In this document: one piece after another, positions 1 to 9,596 of the stretch | Position numbering within the stretch: the stretch's first letter is position 1 | How the letters are laid out: every line of letters starts with the position of its first letter | Translations under genes and position numbers: made by a program | Notes under the pieces: model-generated | Told to the model about the DNA's origin: nothing | Seen by the model: only the letters and a program-made list of their open reading frames with translations | The model's database searches: none | Assembly (NCBI GenBank): GCA_040901675.1 | Contig: JBBDYJ010000029.1 | Location: 32,001 to 96,000, forward strand | From: Pirellulales bacterium | GTDB lineage: Bacteria > Planctomycetota > Planctomycetia > Pirellulales > JAICIG01 | DNA length: 64,000 bases | Direction: 5' to 3'

Positions 1-285
1 GGGCAAGGCGCGAGATCCCGACACGGCGACAAGGGGACCGGGCGACACAGGGAAGCGGCGGCCGCGCGGCCGACGTATGAGACGCTGAGGCAAACCCGCC
101 CGGCGGTCGCAGGCGGCACATGCCGCAGCGCGTCACGCAGAGCTTTTACGATATTGACCTCGGTTTCGAAGCCCGAGCCATCGAAAACACCCTCGGGCCC
201 GCTGGATTCCGAACTAGCACCGTTTCCCCCGTTTAACTACACTACGCAGTCGGAAGCTGCACAGAGGGGGGGCACGGAGGCGCCC

Positions 286-1563
286 ATGTCTTGTCCATTT
301 CGCTTTATCCACGCCAGCGATTTTCACCTCGAACGCCCGCTGTTCGGCCTGGCCGCCGTGCCCGAACACCTCCGCGAGCTGTTCGTCGATGCGCCCTACC
401 TGGCGGCCCGCCGCGTCTTCGATGCGGCCCTGGCAGAAGAGGTCGACTTCATGGTGCTGGCAGGCGACCTGGCCGAACCGGAGATGGCTGGGCCGGGAGG
501 CCCGCTATTTCTGGTCGAACAATTCAAGCGGCTTCAAGAGCGGGGCATTGCGGTCTACTGGGCCGGCGGCCAGGTCGATCCGCCGGAGGCCTGGCCGGCG
601 AGCATTGCCTTGCCCGACAACGTCCGGGTGTTCTCCCGCCAACGGCCGGAAGAAGTCGTACACCATCGCGACGGCGAACGGCTGGCACGCCTGGTTGGTT
701 TCAGCAGGCGGCGAGGCCACAAGATTCGTCCCGGCGATTTCTGGCCCGATTCCAAGGGGCCGTTCTCGATCGCCCTGACCTATGGCACTGGCGACAACGC
801 CGCGCTGGCGGCGCGCGGAATCGATTACTGGGCCCTTGGCGGCCGGCACACTCAAGACACACATCACGATGGCCGCTGCTTGCTGCACTATCCGGGCACA
901 GTCCAAGGACGCGAGCCGGCTGAACCGGGTCCGCGCGGCTGCACGCTGGTGCAAGTGATCGAGGGCCCGCCGCAACTGCGCCAGGTGCCTTGCGACGTAG
1001 TGCGCTGGCTCGACGAGGCGGTTGAGGTCGATGAGACGACGACGGCCGACGCGCTGCGGCAAATGCTCGGCCGGCGCTTGCAGTCGCTGGCGGCGGCGAC
1101 TCCCGGACTCGATCTGCTGGTGTCGTGGACGGCTGACGGAGGGGGAAAACTGCTGGACGAGCTAGGGCGCGGGACGTTGGCCGCGCGGCTCCTGGCGGGG
1201 CTCAATGAGGAATTCGGCCGCCGGCGCCCGGCCGTCTTCAGCACGCGGCTGGCGGTCGCCCCGCTTCGCGAGTGGCCTGCCGACTGGTGCGAACAGGACA
1301 CGATCTTGGGGGACTTTGTCCGCACGGTCCGCCGGCTTGTGCCCCATCGCAAGGCGGCTGCGGGCGGTAGTTCGAGCGAGGCGCCTATGCTGGACCTGGT
1401 TGAACTATCGGCCGGCTTGGAAAACCTGCTCAGCGAGCGGCACCGGGCTGGGACCCTGGCCGACGGCGTGCGGCTCGGCGACGAGAAGACCCGGCGGCGC
1501 GTGCTGGCCAAGGCGGCCGCGCTGGGCGCCGATCTGTTACGCGGCGAGGAGCCAAAGACGTGA
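286..1563 (+). CDS. Mre11/SbcD/YhaO-like metallophosphoesterase (DNA repair exonuclease family), active-site motifs partly degenerate
   Basis: FIHASDFHLE (DxH) and LAGDL motifs, plus YPGTVQGR typical of YhaO. ATG at 286 follows GGAGG. Overlaps the next gene by GTGA. Confidence 0.85.
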   Translation: MSCPFRFIHASDFHLERPLFGLAAVPEHLRELFVDAPYLAARRVFDAALAEEVDFMVLAGDLAEPEMAGPGGPLFLVEQFKRLQERGIAVYWAGGQVDPPEAWPASIALPDNVRVFSRQRPEEVVHHRDGERLARLVGFSRRRGHKIRPGDFWPDSKGPFSIALTYGTGDNAALAARGIDYWALGGRHTQDTHHDGRCLLHYPGTVQGREPAEPGPRGCTLVQVIEGPPQLRQVPCDVVRWLDEAVEVDETTTADALRQMLGRRLQSLAAATPGLDLLVSWTADGGGKLLDELGRGTLAARLLAGLNEEFGRRRPAVFSTRLAVAPLREWPADWCEQDTILGDFVRTVRRLVPHRKAAAGGSSSEAPMLDLVELSAGLENLLSERHRAGTLADGVRLGDEKTRRRVLAKAAALGADLLRGEEPKT

Positions 1564-4500
1564 ATATTGTTGAACTGGAAGTCGACGGCTTCGGCGTCTG
1601 GAGCGGGCTTCGGCTGGAGTCGCTGTCGGCAGGTCTGAACGTGTTGTACGGCCCCAACGAGGCGGGCAAGACTACGCTGCTCGAGTTTGTCCGCTCGGTG
1701 CTGTACGGGTTTGCCGACGACCGCCGTCGGCGTTACTTGCCGCCGTTGCGGGGCGGGCGACCCGGCGGCTCGCTGAAGCTCACCGGCCCTGCCGGCACCT
1801 GCCACGTCAGCCGGCACGCCGACGAGGCGCGCGATCCGGTCGAGGGGAACCTGCGACTGCTGGCCGCCGACGGCACGCTGCAAACCGGGCGTGTGCTCGA
1901 CTTGCTGCTGGGCGACGTCGACGAAGCCACGTTCAACAACGTGTTCGCCGTCGGCCTGAAGGAGATCCAGGAGCTCGCCGCCCTGGATGACACTTCGGCT
2001 GCCCAACTGTTGTACCGGCTGACCAGCGGCCTGGACCGCGTCTCGCTGGCCGACGTGCTGGGCGAGCTGGCCGCCTCGCGCGAGCGGCTGCTGGCCGCCG
2101 ATGGCCGAAGCTGTCGCGTGACCGCCTTGCTGGCCGAACGCGAGAGAATCCTGGCCGACGTCGATCAGCTTCGCGGCGTCTCGCACCGTTATGCCGCCTT
2201 GGCCCACGAGCGGAACGAAATCGAAGCGGCCATCGCCCAGCGCGAGGCACAATGCGCCGAGCTGGAGCAGTCGGCCAGGGTGATCGAAGCGGCCGTCGCC
2301 GTCCGCGAACCCTGGAGAGAGCGGGCCACCCTGGAAACCGAGATCGCCGCCTTGGCGGCACGGCCCGGCCTCGACGCCGACGCGGCACGGCGGTTTGAGC
2401 TGATCACCGCCCGCCTGGCCGCCCGCCGCCGCCGGATCGCCAAGATCGAGCGGGCCCGCAAGGCGCTAAGGCACGACGAGCGCCAGTTGGGTTACGACCG
2501 TGCCATGGCCCGGCATGCGCCGCGCATCGAAGCCCTGGCCGAGCAGGAGAACTGGATCACCACGCTCGAGACGCAGGTGCGGCAACTGGAGCAACAGCTC
2601 GCCCAGCTCGACGAGCAGGCGGCCGCCCAACAAGCCAGGCTCGGCTTGGGCACCGGCGAGGGGGGGACGGGCCAGCCGCTGCGGGGACAATTCAAGCTCG
2701 ATCAACGGTCGCTGGCAGCGCTGCGGTCAGCGGGCCGCACGGTCCGCGAGCCTCGCCGCCGATTGCGCGAAGCCAGGTCGCAAATGGTCCATGCGGCCGA
2801 GACGGCTCAGACATTGGCGGGCGAGATTCGCTCGGCATTGAGCGGCCGGCCGGAAAAAGACCTGGCCAAAGCACTGGAGCGGGCAGGCGGGCTGGTGACG
2901 CAGTTGCGCCGGCGCGTGCAGCTCGACGACAGGCTGGCCCAGATGGGCCGGCACCAGGTCGAGCTGGAGACTCAGAGCCGGCACCTCTTGGATCGGCAGT
3001 TGCTCCCCAGTTGGGTGCTGGCCGCCTTGGGCGGTCTGTTCGTGTTCGGAGTGGTCTTGATCCTGGCCGGCTTGTTCCTTCCGACGTCGGTCGTCGGATC
3101 AGCCGGCTGGGCACTGGCCGTGTTAGGGCTGGGGGGAACCGCGACGGCCGCCGGCGCCAAGTGGATGTTGGAACGCGCGGCCGGCAACCAACTGGAAGCT
3201 TGCCAGAAGCAGGCCGGAATCCTGGCGCTGCAAATCAAGCAGGCCAAGGAAGAGCGCGAAGGGCTCGACGCCCAATTGCCGCGCGGCGGCGGGCCGATGC
3301 TGGCCCGCTTGCAGGCCGCCGAAAAGGATCTGTCCGCCTTGGAAGACCTGCTGTCGCTCGATGGCCGACGGCAAATGGCCCAGCAGGAAGCCGATGCGGC
3401 CCGCGCGGCCGTGCGGCAAGCTCGCGACGACTGCCGGGGGGCCCTCCGCCGCTGGAAGCAGGCGCTGGGCGCGGCCGGCTTGCCGGGCGAGCTGTCGTAC
3501 GCCCAGTTGCGGCGTCTGTCGAAGGGCTGGCGGCAGTTCAGCGACCTGGCGGGCCGGATCGAACGTCATCGGGCCGAGCTCGACCAGCGCCGGCGGGAAC
3601 TCGAATCGCTGGTGGCACGTCTGAACCAGGTCATGGCCGACGTGGGCATCGGGACAAAGGGCGAAGCGGCCGCCGATCGGCTGCGGCAACTGCGGCAGGC
3701 CTTGACCGAACACCAGGCATCGGCAACTCGGCGGCTGGCGCTGGTGAAGCGGGCCAGGAGATTGCGGCGTCACCAGCGGAAGCTCACTCAAGGATTGCAC
3801 CTTTGGCAGCGGCGGCGGAAGGAGCTGTTGCGCCGGGCCGGGGCCACCGACGAGCAGGAGTTGCACGAGCTGGCTCGCCAACTGGCGCAGGGGCAGTCGC
3901 TGCGCGAGCGGCACGGCGCGTTGTCGCGCCAGATCGCGGCGGCCTTGGCCAACCGGGCGACCGAAGACGACGTGCAAGCCCGGCTTTCCGATCCGGCGCC
4001 CGGCGAGCTGGAGGCCGCGTGGGACGAGGCGACGGGCCGCCGGCGGAGCATGCGACAACAGTTGCAGGAGCTGTTCGAAGCCCGGGGACGGCTGGCGCAC
4101 GAGCTGGAAGCGCTGGCGGCCGACCGGCGGCTGGCCAACCGGTTGGTGGACTTGGGAGTGGTCGAGGCGCAGTTGCGCGAAGCGATCGAGCGCTGGCAGG
4201 TGCTGGCGGTCACGCAGCTTATCTTGGAATCGATCAAGCGCTTCTACGAGGCCGACCGGCAGCCGGAAACGCTGCGGCAGGCCTCTGAGTATCTCGCGCG
4301 GCTGACCGAGGGGCGTTACACGCGTGTGTGGACGCCGTTGGGCGAAAGCGGCCTGCGGGTGGACGACGCCGAGGGGAGCTGCCTGGGGGCCGAATCGCTC
4401 AGCCGTGGCACGCGCGAGCAGTTGTTCTTGTGTCTGCGTCTGGCTCTGGCCGCTTCGTACGCCCGCCGGGGAGTCGAGCTGCCGCTGGTGCTCGACGACG

Positions 4501-5288
4501 TGCTGGTGAACTTCGACGGCAGGCGGGCCAAGGCGGCGGCCGCCCTGTTGCGCGCTTTTGCCGCCGAGGGGCGGCAGGTGTTCGTGTTCACCTGCCACGA
4601 ACACGTGCTCAAGCTGTTCAAGTCGCTCAAGGTGCCGGCGCGGCGGCTGCCGGCCAACGACTGTGCCGATGTGCCGACGGTGACCTGGCAGCCGCCTGCC
4701 GCGGCCGAGGAGCCGAATAAGCAGCCGGCCCGGCCGGCCGCCGAGTGGATGTCGGCCAACGGCAGCGGGATGATCGAGATCGACGACGATCGGTTCGAAG
4801 TGCAGATTGCCGACGATCCCGCGGATGAAGAAGAACTCGAGGAGGAAGCTGCCGACGAGGAATATGACGACGAGTACGACGACGACTTGGATATGGAAGA
4901 CGGAATGAAGCACGAAGACGAGCAAGACGATGCAGAGTCGGCCGCGCCGGACGACCTCGAAGACGAGCAGGACAACGACGACCCGCGCGACGAGGACGAA
5001 TCGGACGAAGACGAGCCGGCCGAGGCGCCTCACGGCCCGCCGGCTCACAAGGTGATCGTGGTTCGCGGCCGGCGCGGCAACGATCCGTTTGCCAACGCGA
5101 TCTGGCACGATCCGGTCGAAGACGAGTCGGATGAAGATGCCGACGAGAGGGAGCTGGAAGAACCGTCCGAGCCTTTCGACGACGCCGACGAGTACTCCTG
5201 GCCGGCCAGCGCGGACCAGGAGGATGAAGATGAAGCGGACGACAGTCAGCTCGACTTCGAAGACCAGGAAGACGACGAGGCCGCCTGA
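1560..5288 (+). CDS. YhaN/Rad50-SbcC-like AAA ATPase with long coiled coils, a central transmembrane hairpin and an acidic C-terminal tail
   Basis: Walker A GPNEAGKTT, signature LSRGT, Walker B LVLDD, H-loop FTCH. Hydrophobic stretch WVLAALGGLFVFGVVLILAGLF...WALAVLGLGG. D/E-rich tail. Confidence 0.88.
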   Translation: MNIVELEVDGFGVWSGLRLESLSAGLNVLYGPNEAGKTTLLEFVRSVLYGFADDRRRRYLPPLRGGRPGGSLKLTGPAGTCHVSRHADEARDPVEGNLRLLAADGTLQTGRVLDLLLGDVDEATFNNVFAVGLKEIQELAALDDTSAAQLLYRLTSGLDRVSLADVLGELAASRERLLAADGRSCRVTALLAERERILADVDQLRGVSHRYAALAHERNEIEAAIAQREAQCAELEQSARVIEAAVAVREPWRERATLETEIAALAARPGLDADAARRFELITARLAARRRRIAKIERARKALRHDERQLGYDRAMARHAPRIEALAEQENWITTLETQVRQLEQQLAQLDEQAAAQQARLGLGTGEGGTGQPLRGQFKLDQRSLAALRSAGRTVREPRRRLREARSQMVHAAETAQTLAGEIRSALSGRPEKDLAKALERAGGLVTQLRRRVQLDDRLAQMGRHQVELETQSRHLLDRQLLPSWVLAALGGLFVFGVVLILAGLFLPTSVVGSAGWALAVLGLGGTATAAGAKWMLERAAGNQLEACQKQAGILALQIKQAKEEREGLDAQLPRGGGPMLARLQAAEKDLSALEDLLSLDGRRQMAQQEADAARAAVRQARDDCRGALRRWKQALGAAGLPGELSYAQLRRLSKGWRQFSDLAGRIERHRAELDQRRRELESLVARLNQVMADVGIGTKGEAAADRLRQLRQALTEHQASATRRLALVKRARRLRRHQRKLTQGLHLWQRRRKELLRRAGATDEQELHELARQLAQGQSLRERHGALSRQIAAALANRATEDDVQARLSDPAPGELEAAWDEATGRRRSMRQQLQELFEARGRLAHELEALAADRRLANRLVDLGVVEAQLREAIERWQVLAVTQLILESIKRFYEADRQPETLRQASEYLARLTEGRYTRVWTPLGESGLRVDDAEGSCLGAESLSRGTREQLFLCLRLALAASYARRGVELPLVLDDVLVNFDGRRAKAAAALLRAFAAEGRQVFVFTCHEHVLKLFKSLKVPARRLPANDCADVPTVTWQPPAAAEEPNKQPARPAAEWMSANGSGMIEIDDDRFEVQIADDPADEEELEEEAADEEYDDEYDDDLDMEDGMKHEDEQDDAESAAPDDLEDEQDNDDPRDEDESDEDEPAEAPHGPPAHKVIVVRGRRGNDPFANAIWHDPVEDESDEDADERELEEPSEPFDDADEYSWPASADQEDEDEADDSQLDFEDQEDDEAA

Positions 5289-5516
5289 TAGTAGCCGTCA
5301 CGCTGGGGCATGACGCGCTTGCCTCACGCGGGAGCGTGCCCTCTGTGATTGCTAGCTGCCAGGCTAATGCCTGGGATTTGCCGCAGGCGGAGCCTCCGTC
5401 CTCTGTGCTGCAAGTCCGCCTCCGGCGGAACCTCTGTTCCCTGTTCCTCCGCCCGCTAACCACCGACCACTGACCACTAATGGCCCGGCCGACCGTATAA
5501 TCATGGCGTCGCCACG

Positions 5517-6719
5517 ATGCCTCGGGATGCCGCCATGCCAACGGAAACGTGCGCTGCCAGCCTGGTCGACGTGGTCTGCCAGGGAAGTCCCTACCAGATG
5601 GGACTGATCCAGGGCCAGGGCCTGCGAGACAAGATTCGCGCATCGCGCGGGGCCCTTGCCGAGTTGGAAGCCTTTCGGCTGGAGCAGCCCCGCTGGCTGC
5701 CGTTTGCCGCCTTCAGGCACCTGGCTGAGCGCCGCGCTGCACGCCTGATGGCCCAGTCCCTGGCGCGCGAACACCCGGAAATGCACCAGCGGCTGACGGG
5801 CATCGCCGCCGGCTCGGGCGTCCGGCTCGGCCCGTTGTATCTGCTCAATGCGCTGGAGTCGTTTTTGTCGAGCGTCGAAGGCCGCACCGTGCGGCCGGGC
5901 CTGGGCGCCTGTTCGGCCCTGGCGGTCCGCGGCAGCCGGTCGGCGAGCGGCGAGCCGATGATTGCCCGCAATTTCGACTACCTGCCCCTGGTGCAGCCGT
6001 TCTACGTGCTCCGCGACAGCCGGCCGCGGGGGCGAAACCGGTCGCTCGACTTTACCGTCGCGCCTTTGGCCGGCGCAGTCGATGGGCTCAACGAGCAGGG
6101 ACTGGCCATCACGTACAACTATGCCTTCACGGTCGACACGCCGTCGGCGCGTACCCCGATCACCATGGCCATTGCCGAGGCGATGGGTCGCTGTTCGACC
6201 GTGGCGGAGGGGGCGGAGCTGATTGCCTCGCGGGCCCGCTGGGGGGGCGGCATCCTGATGCTGGCCGACGCGGGCGGAGACATCGCTTCGCTGGAGCTTT
6301 CGAACAGCCGCAGCCACCTGCGGCGGCCGGAGCCGGGGCAGGATGCACTGTTCCATACCAACGCCTTCTGCTCCGAGCCGATGCGCGCGGTCCAGGCGCC
6401 GACCGACGCGGTGTTCACCTCGCGGGCGCCGCTGGCGCTGCGGGGCCGCCGCGTGATGGAATCGTCCGAGATGCGCGACCGGCGGCTGGCCAGGCTGATG
6501 GAGCGAGGCGAGCCGCTCGATCCCGACCAGCTCGCGCGGATGATGAGCGATCATGGCGACGAGGGCGTGGCCAGCGGCACCACGCTCTGCATGCACAGCG
6601 ATTACTGGCACACGACCGCTTCGCTGCAATACTTTCCCAAGTCGCGGCGAATGCGAGTCGCCTTCGCGCCGACCTGCAATGCCCAGTACCGTGAGTTGAG
6701 CTTGGAACTTGGAACTTAG
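5517..6719 (+). CDS. C45-family autoproteolytic acyltransferase/Ntn hydrolase
   Basis: GSPYQMGLIQG, GA|CSALAV cleavage/nucleophile Cys, ARNFD, GLNEQGLAI, HTNAF. Start could be 5535. Confidence 0.85.
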   Translation: MPRDAAMPTETCAASLVDVVCQGSPYQMGLIQGQGLRDKIRASRGALAELEAFRLEQPRWLPFAAFRHLAERRAARLMAQSLAREHPEMHQRLTGIAAGSGVRLGPLYLLNALESFLSSVEGRTVRPGLGACSALAVRGSRSASGEPMIARNFDYLPLVQPFYVLRDSRPRGRNRSLDFTVAPLAGAVDGLNEQGLAITYNYAFTVDTPSARTPITMAIAEAMGRCSTVAEGAELIASRARWGGGILMLADAGGDIASLELSNSRSHLRRPEPGQDALFHTNAFCSEPMRAVQAPTDAVFTSRAPLALRGRRVMESSEMRDRRLARLMERGEPLDPDQLARMMSDHGDEGVASGTTLCMHSDYWHTTASLQYFPKSRRMRVAFAPTCNAQYRELSLELGT

Positions 6720-6779
6720 GGCTTGGGGCAGGCCTTCGAGCCAAGTCCCAAAGTCTAAGATTCAAGAACCAAGTTCTAA
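6701..6779. repeat. Inverted pair of degenerate heptamer tandem repeats between convergent genes
   Basis: CTTGGAA CTTGGAA CTTAGGG CTTGGGG (6701-6728) then CCAAGTC CCAAAGT CTAAGAT TCAAGAA CCAAGTT (6741-6775). Confidence 0.7.
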
Positions 6780-7807
6780 TTGCTGCCTGGCTCGCTCTGG
6801 CCTTGGGAATAGATCCGCTCCCAGTCGGGCTCCCAAGGGTCGGCCGGCCCGTCGACTTGTTCTTGATGGCCGGCGTCGGGCGGCGTGCGGTGGATCACGC
6901 TGCGGTAACGGCGCCGCAGGCCGGCTGCGATCCAAACCAGGTAGACGTTGGCGCCCAGCGATGCAAACAAGCCCAGCAGCGTCAGGCTCAGCGGCAGCCA
7001 CGGCTTTTGACCAGCCAGGTTGCCGGCGGCATCCTCAGTCTCCTCGCCGCCGGACGCCCCCTGCTCGTCGGAGGCGGAACGCTCGTCCCGATTGCCACCG
7101 GCCGACGCGACGTCGCGATCGCGGGCCTTGTTGGAAAGCATCGGCGATTCGCCGCCGGCGAAGGCGGGGGGGCGATCGCCGGTCCCGCCTGATCCGGCTG
7201 CATCCGCATCGCCCCGATCGTCGTCCGAATCGCTCCGCGACGTTGATTGCGCGGCCGGATCGGTTTCAGCCTCGCTTGAATCCAGATCGTCCTCGGCGGG
7301 CTCGTCCGGTTGTGCGTTGGCCGGACCGCCCAGCCTGGGGCCGCCCGGAATAGCAACCAGCCGCGACGCGCCGCGGGCAGTGGCCGGCAGGAACTCGCGC
7401 GGCGGACCAGCCTGGCCGGATTCCACCGAGTCGAAATCGGGGCCGGGCAGGGGCTGGTCGAACCCGGCCGGCAGCGGCGAACCGAACGGCGCCGCGGCCG
7501 AAGTTCGTGCATCCGTCTCGTCGGGCCTTTCAATGGGCAGCGGTTCGCCCTGGTGAGGGAGCTTCCCGGTCCCCACGGTGATCCGGTAGCCACGGATGTT
7601 CGCCGTGGCGGGCGGCAGGTCGCTGAAGATGTCCTCCCCCTCCTTGAGCGCATCGAGCATCTCGGGCTCGATCTGGATGATGTACTCGATTCCACCCCCG
7701 GCGACCGGTTGCCAGCCGTACTCCACCCCCCAGACTACGGTCGGCATAAAGGCCAGTGCCGCGGCCCACAACATCTTGGCGGCGTGCCGCATAAATAGAC
7801 GAGCCAT
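6776..7807 (-). CDS. Hypothetical exported/membrane protein: signal peptide, short globular domain, low-complexity linker, C-terminal TM helix
   Basis: MLWAAALAFMPTVVWG signal-like segment, VEYGWQP...IEYIIQIEPE block, PWLPLSLTLLGLFASLGANVYLVWI followed by RRRYR. Confidence 0.7.
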   Translation of the reverse strand: MARLFMRHAAKMLWAAALAFMPTVVWGVEYGWQPVAGGGIEYIIQIEPEMLDALKEGEDIFSDLPPATANIRGYRITVGTGKLPHQGEPLPIERPDETDARTSAAAPFGSPLPAGFDQPLPGPDFDSVESGQAGPPREFLPATARGASRLVAIPGGPRLGGPANAQPDEPAEDDLDSSEAETDPAAQSTSRSDSDDDRGDADAAGSGGTGDRPPAFAGGESPMLSNKARDRDVASAGGNRDERSASDEQGASGGEETEDAAGNLAGQKPWLPLSLTLLGLFASLGANVYLVWIAAGLRRRYRSVIHRTPPDAGHQEQVDGPADPWEPDWERIYSQGQSEPGSN

Positions 7808-8034
7808 AACAGTTTCCAAGTTAAGCGTAAAGCGTCGGGCCCAGCCACTCAGTTTACCTTTCCGCCAGGTCCAACGCATCCTTGTCGGCGGTTCGCGGCG
7901 GCGATGCGGCAGCCTGCCAGGTGCTGGCGGGGCGGAAGTTCATGGCCCGTGGCACAAGCCGAAGGAACGGCACTGCTTCTCGGACGCGACAGGCGCGTCC
8001 TCCAAGCAGTGGCACGGTTTTCTGCCTTCTGCCT

Positions 8035-9441
8035 TCATCCTTCTGCCTTTCCCGTCTCTGTCTTCCCCAGGCTCTTGAGCTCGGTCTGCAGCATGACCAG
8101 CAGCGGCTGCAGGAAGGCGACCACCATCGGTCCGACGACGATCCCGATGGGGCCCATGGCCTTCACGCCTCCCAGCACGCTTAGCAGGGCCAAGAGCGGG
8201 TGCATGTTCGAGCGGCCCTGCAGGACCAAGGGCTTGATCACGTTGTCGGCCATCGACACCACGAGGGCCCCGTAGACGGCCAACGCCACGGCGGCGGTGG
8301 TTCGATCCTCGAACAGAAACAGCCACAATGCGCAGGGCAGCCAGACCGCTGTCGCGCCAACGAACGGAATCAAGGCGAACAGCATCGTGAGCATCGTCAG
8401 CAGGAACACCGAATCGAGGCCCGCGAAAAAGTACCCGAAGCCCGCCAGAACTCCCTGCACCACGGCCGAGAGCAATGTGGCCACCACCACGGCGCGGCTG
8501 ACCGTGGTGAACTCTTCGAGCAGTTGCCGTTCATAACGGTCGTCGAGCGGCGAAAGTCGCATGATCCCCGCGATCATGGCCGGTCCGTCGGCCAGGAAGT
8601 AGTAAAGCGAGACGATCATCACGGCCAGTCCAATCAGGAACTCGGCCAGAAAGCCGCCGGCGAACTGCGCTCCTCCCAGTGCCAGCGGACCGGCGAACTC
8701 CTGCAACCGGGTCCGTAAGGCGGCCATGTGCTCCTGGTCGGGGTTGACCAGCCGGGTCAGCCAGGCTTTGATCGGGCCGCCCAGCAGGTCCTGCTCGAAA
8801 CGCGCGTAGGCCAGCAGCACTTCATCGGCCTGCCGATCGAAACGAGCCGGCTCGTGGAGGAGGGCCAGCTTGTCGAGTTCGACTCTGAACTGTGCCAGCG
8901 AGTCTTGCCAATTCTCGCCCGGTTCAAAGGCCGCGTCCTTGGCCTCTTCGCTCTTGGCGATCAGCGCGGCCAGCGCCTCCACCTGGTCGCCGGCGCTTTC
9001 CAATTCAAGCGGGTCTGGCAGCTCCGCGGGCGCACGGTCGGCCCAGCCGCGCAGCCGCAGCCCGAGCTCGTCCAGCAGCAACTGCACGTCGGCCGGCGGC
9101 AGGTTCAAGCCCAGACGGCTGCGCAGCTTGTCGACCCTTTCCTCGGTCGATTGCCGGTTCCAGCCCGATGCCAATTCAGCGGCCTCCACCGCGGCCTTTC
9201 CCAGAATCCCCAGCATCGGCGCCAGCACGATGATCAGAATGGCCAGCGTGGTCAACCCGGCCGCCAGTCGCTCGCGCCCCTGGCAACGGACCACGATCGA
9301 GCGGTGCAGCGGGCCGAACATCACCACCAGTAAGGCGGCCAGAAACAACGGCAGCAGAAAGCCTGCCATGACCCGAAAGAACAGCGCCACGATCACCAAC
9401 AGAATCGCCAGCAAGACGACAAACGACACGATGCGGGCCAT
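8035..9441 (-). CDS. AI-2E (PerM) family transporter with a soluble insertion
   Basis: Multiple TM helices; YYFLADG, LIPFVG, DNVIKP, HPLLALLSVLGG...GIVVGP. Start MARIVSF after GGAGA. Confidence 0.9.
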   Translation of the reverse strand: MARIVSFVVLLAILLVIVALFFRVMAGFLLPLFLAALLVVMFGPLHRSIVVRCQGRERLAAGLTTLAILIIVLAPMLGILGKAAVEAAELASGWNRQSTEERVDKLRSRLGLNLPPADVQLLLDELGLRLRGWADRAPAELPDPLELESAGDQVEALAALIAKSEEAKDAAFEPGENWQDSLAQFRVELDKLALLHEPARFDRQADEVLLAYARFEQDLLGGPIKAWLTRLVNPDQEHMAALRTRLQEFAGPLALGGAQFAGGFLAEFLIGLAVMIVSLYYFLADGPAMIAGIMRLSPLDDRYERQLLEEFTTVSRAVVVATLLSAVVQGVLAGFGYFFAGLDSVFLLTMLTMLFALIPFVGATAVWLPCALWLFLFEDRTTAAVALAVYGALVVSMADNVIKPLVLQGRSNMHPLLALLSVLGGVKAMGPIGIVVGPMVVAFLQPLLVMLQTELKSLGKTETGKAEG

Positions 9442-9596
9442 GCTGTTCTCCTTGGCAGCCACCCGGCGCTGCTCAGTGCCTGCCGGACCGGTGGTCCAAC
9501 GATGAGATATGGTAGATGATGCGGGGCGATGGACGAAAGGCTGGAAACGCGCCCCAAAGCAGGAAGCTGCAAACCCAAGGCAACCAGGTGGGCCGG

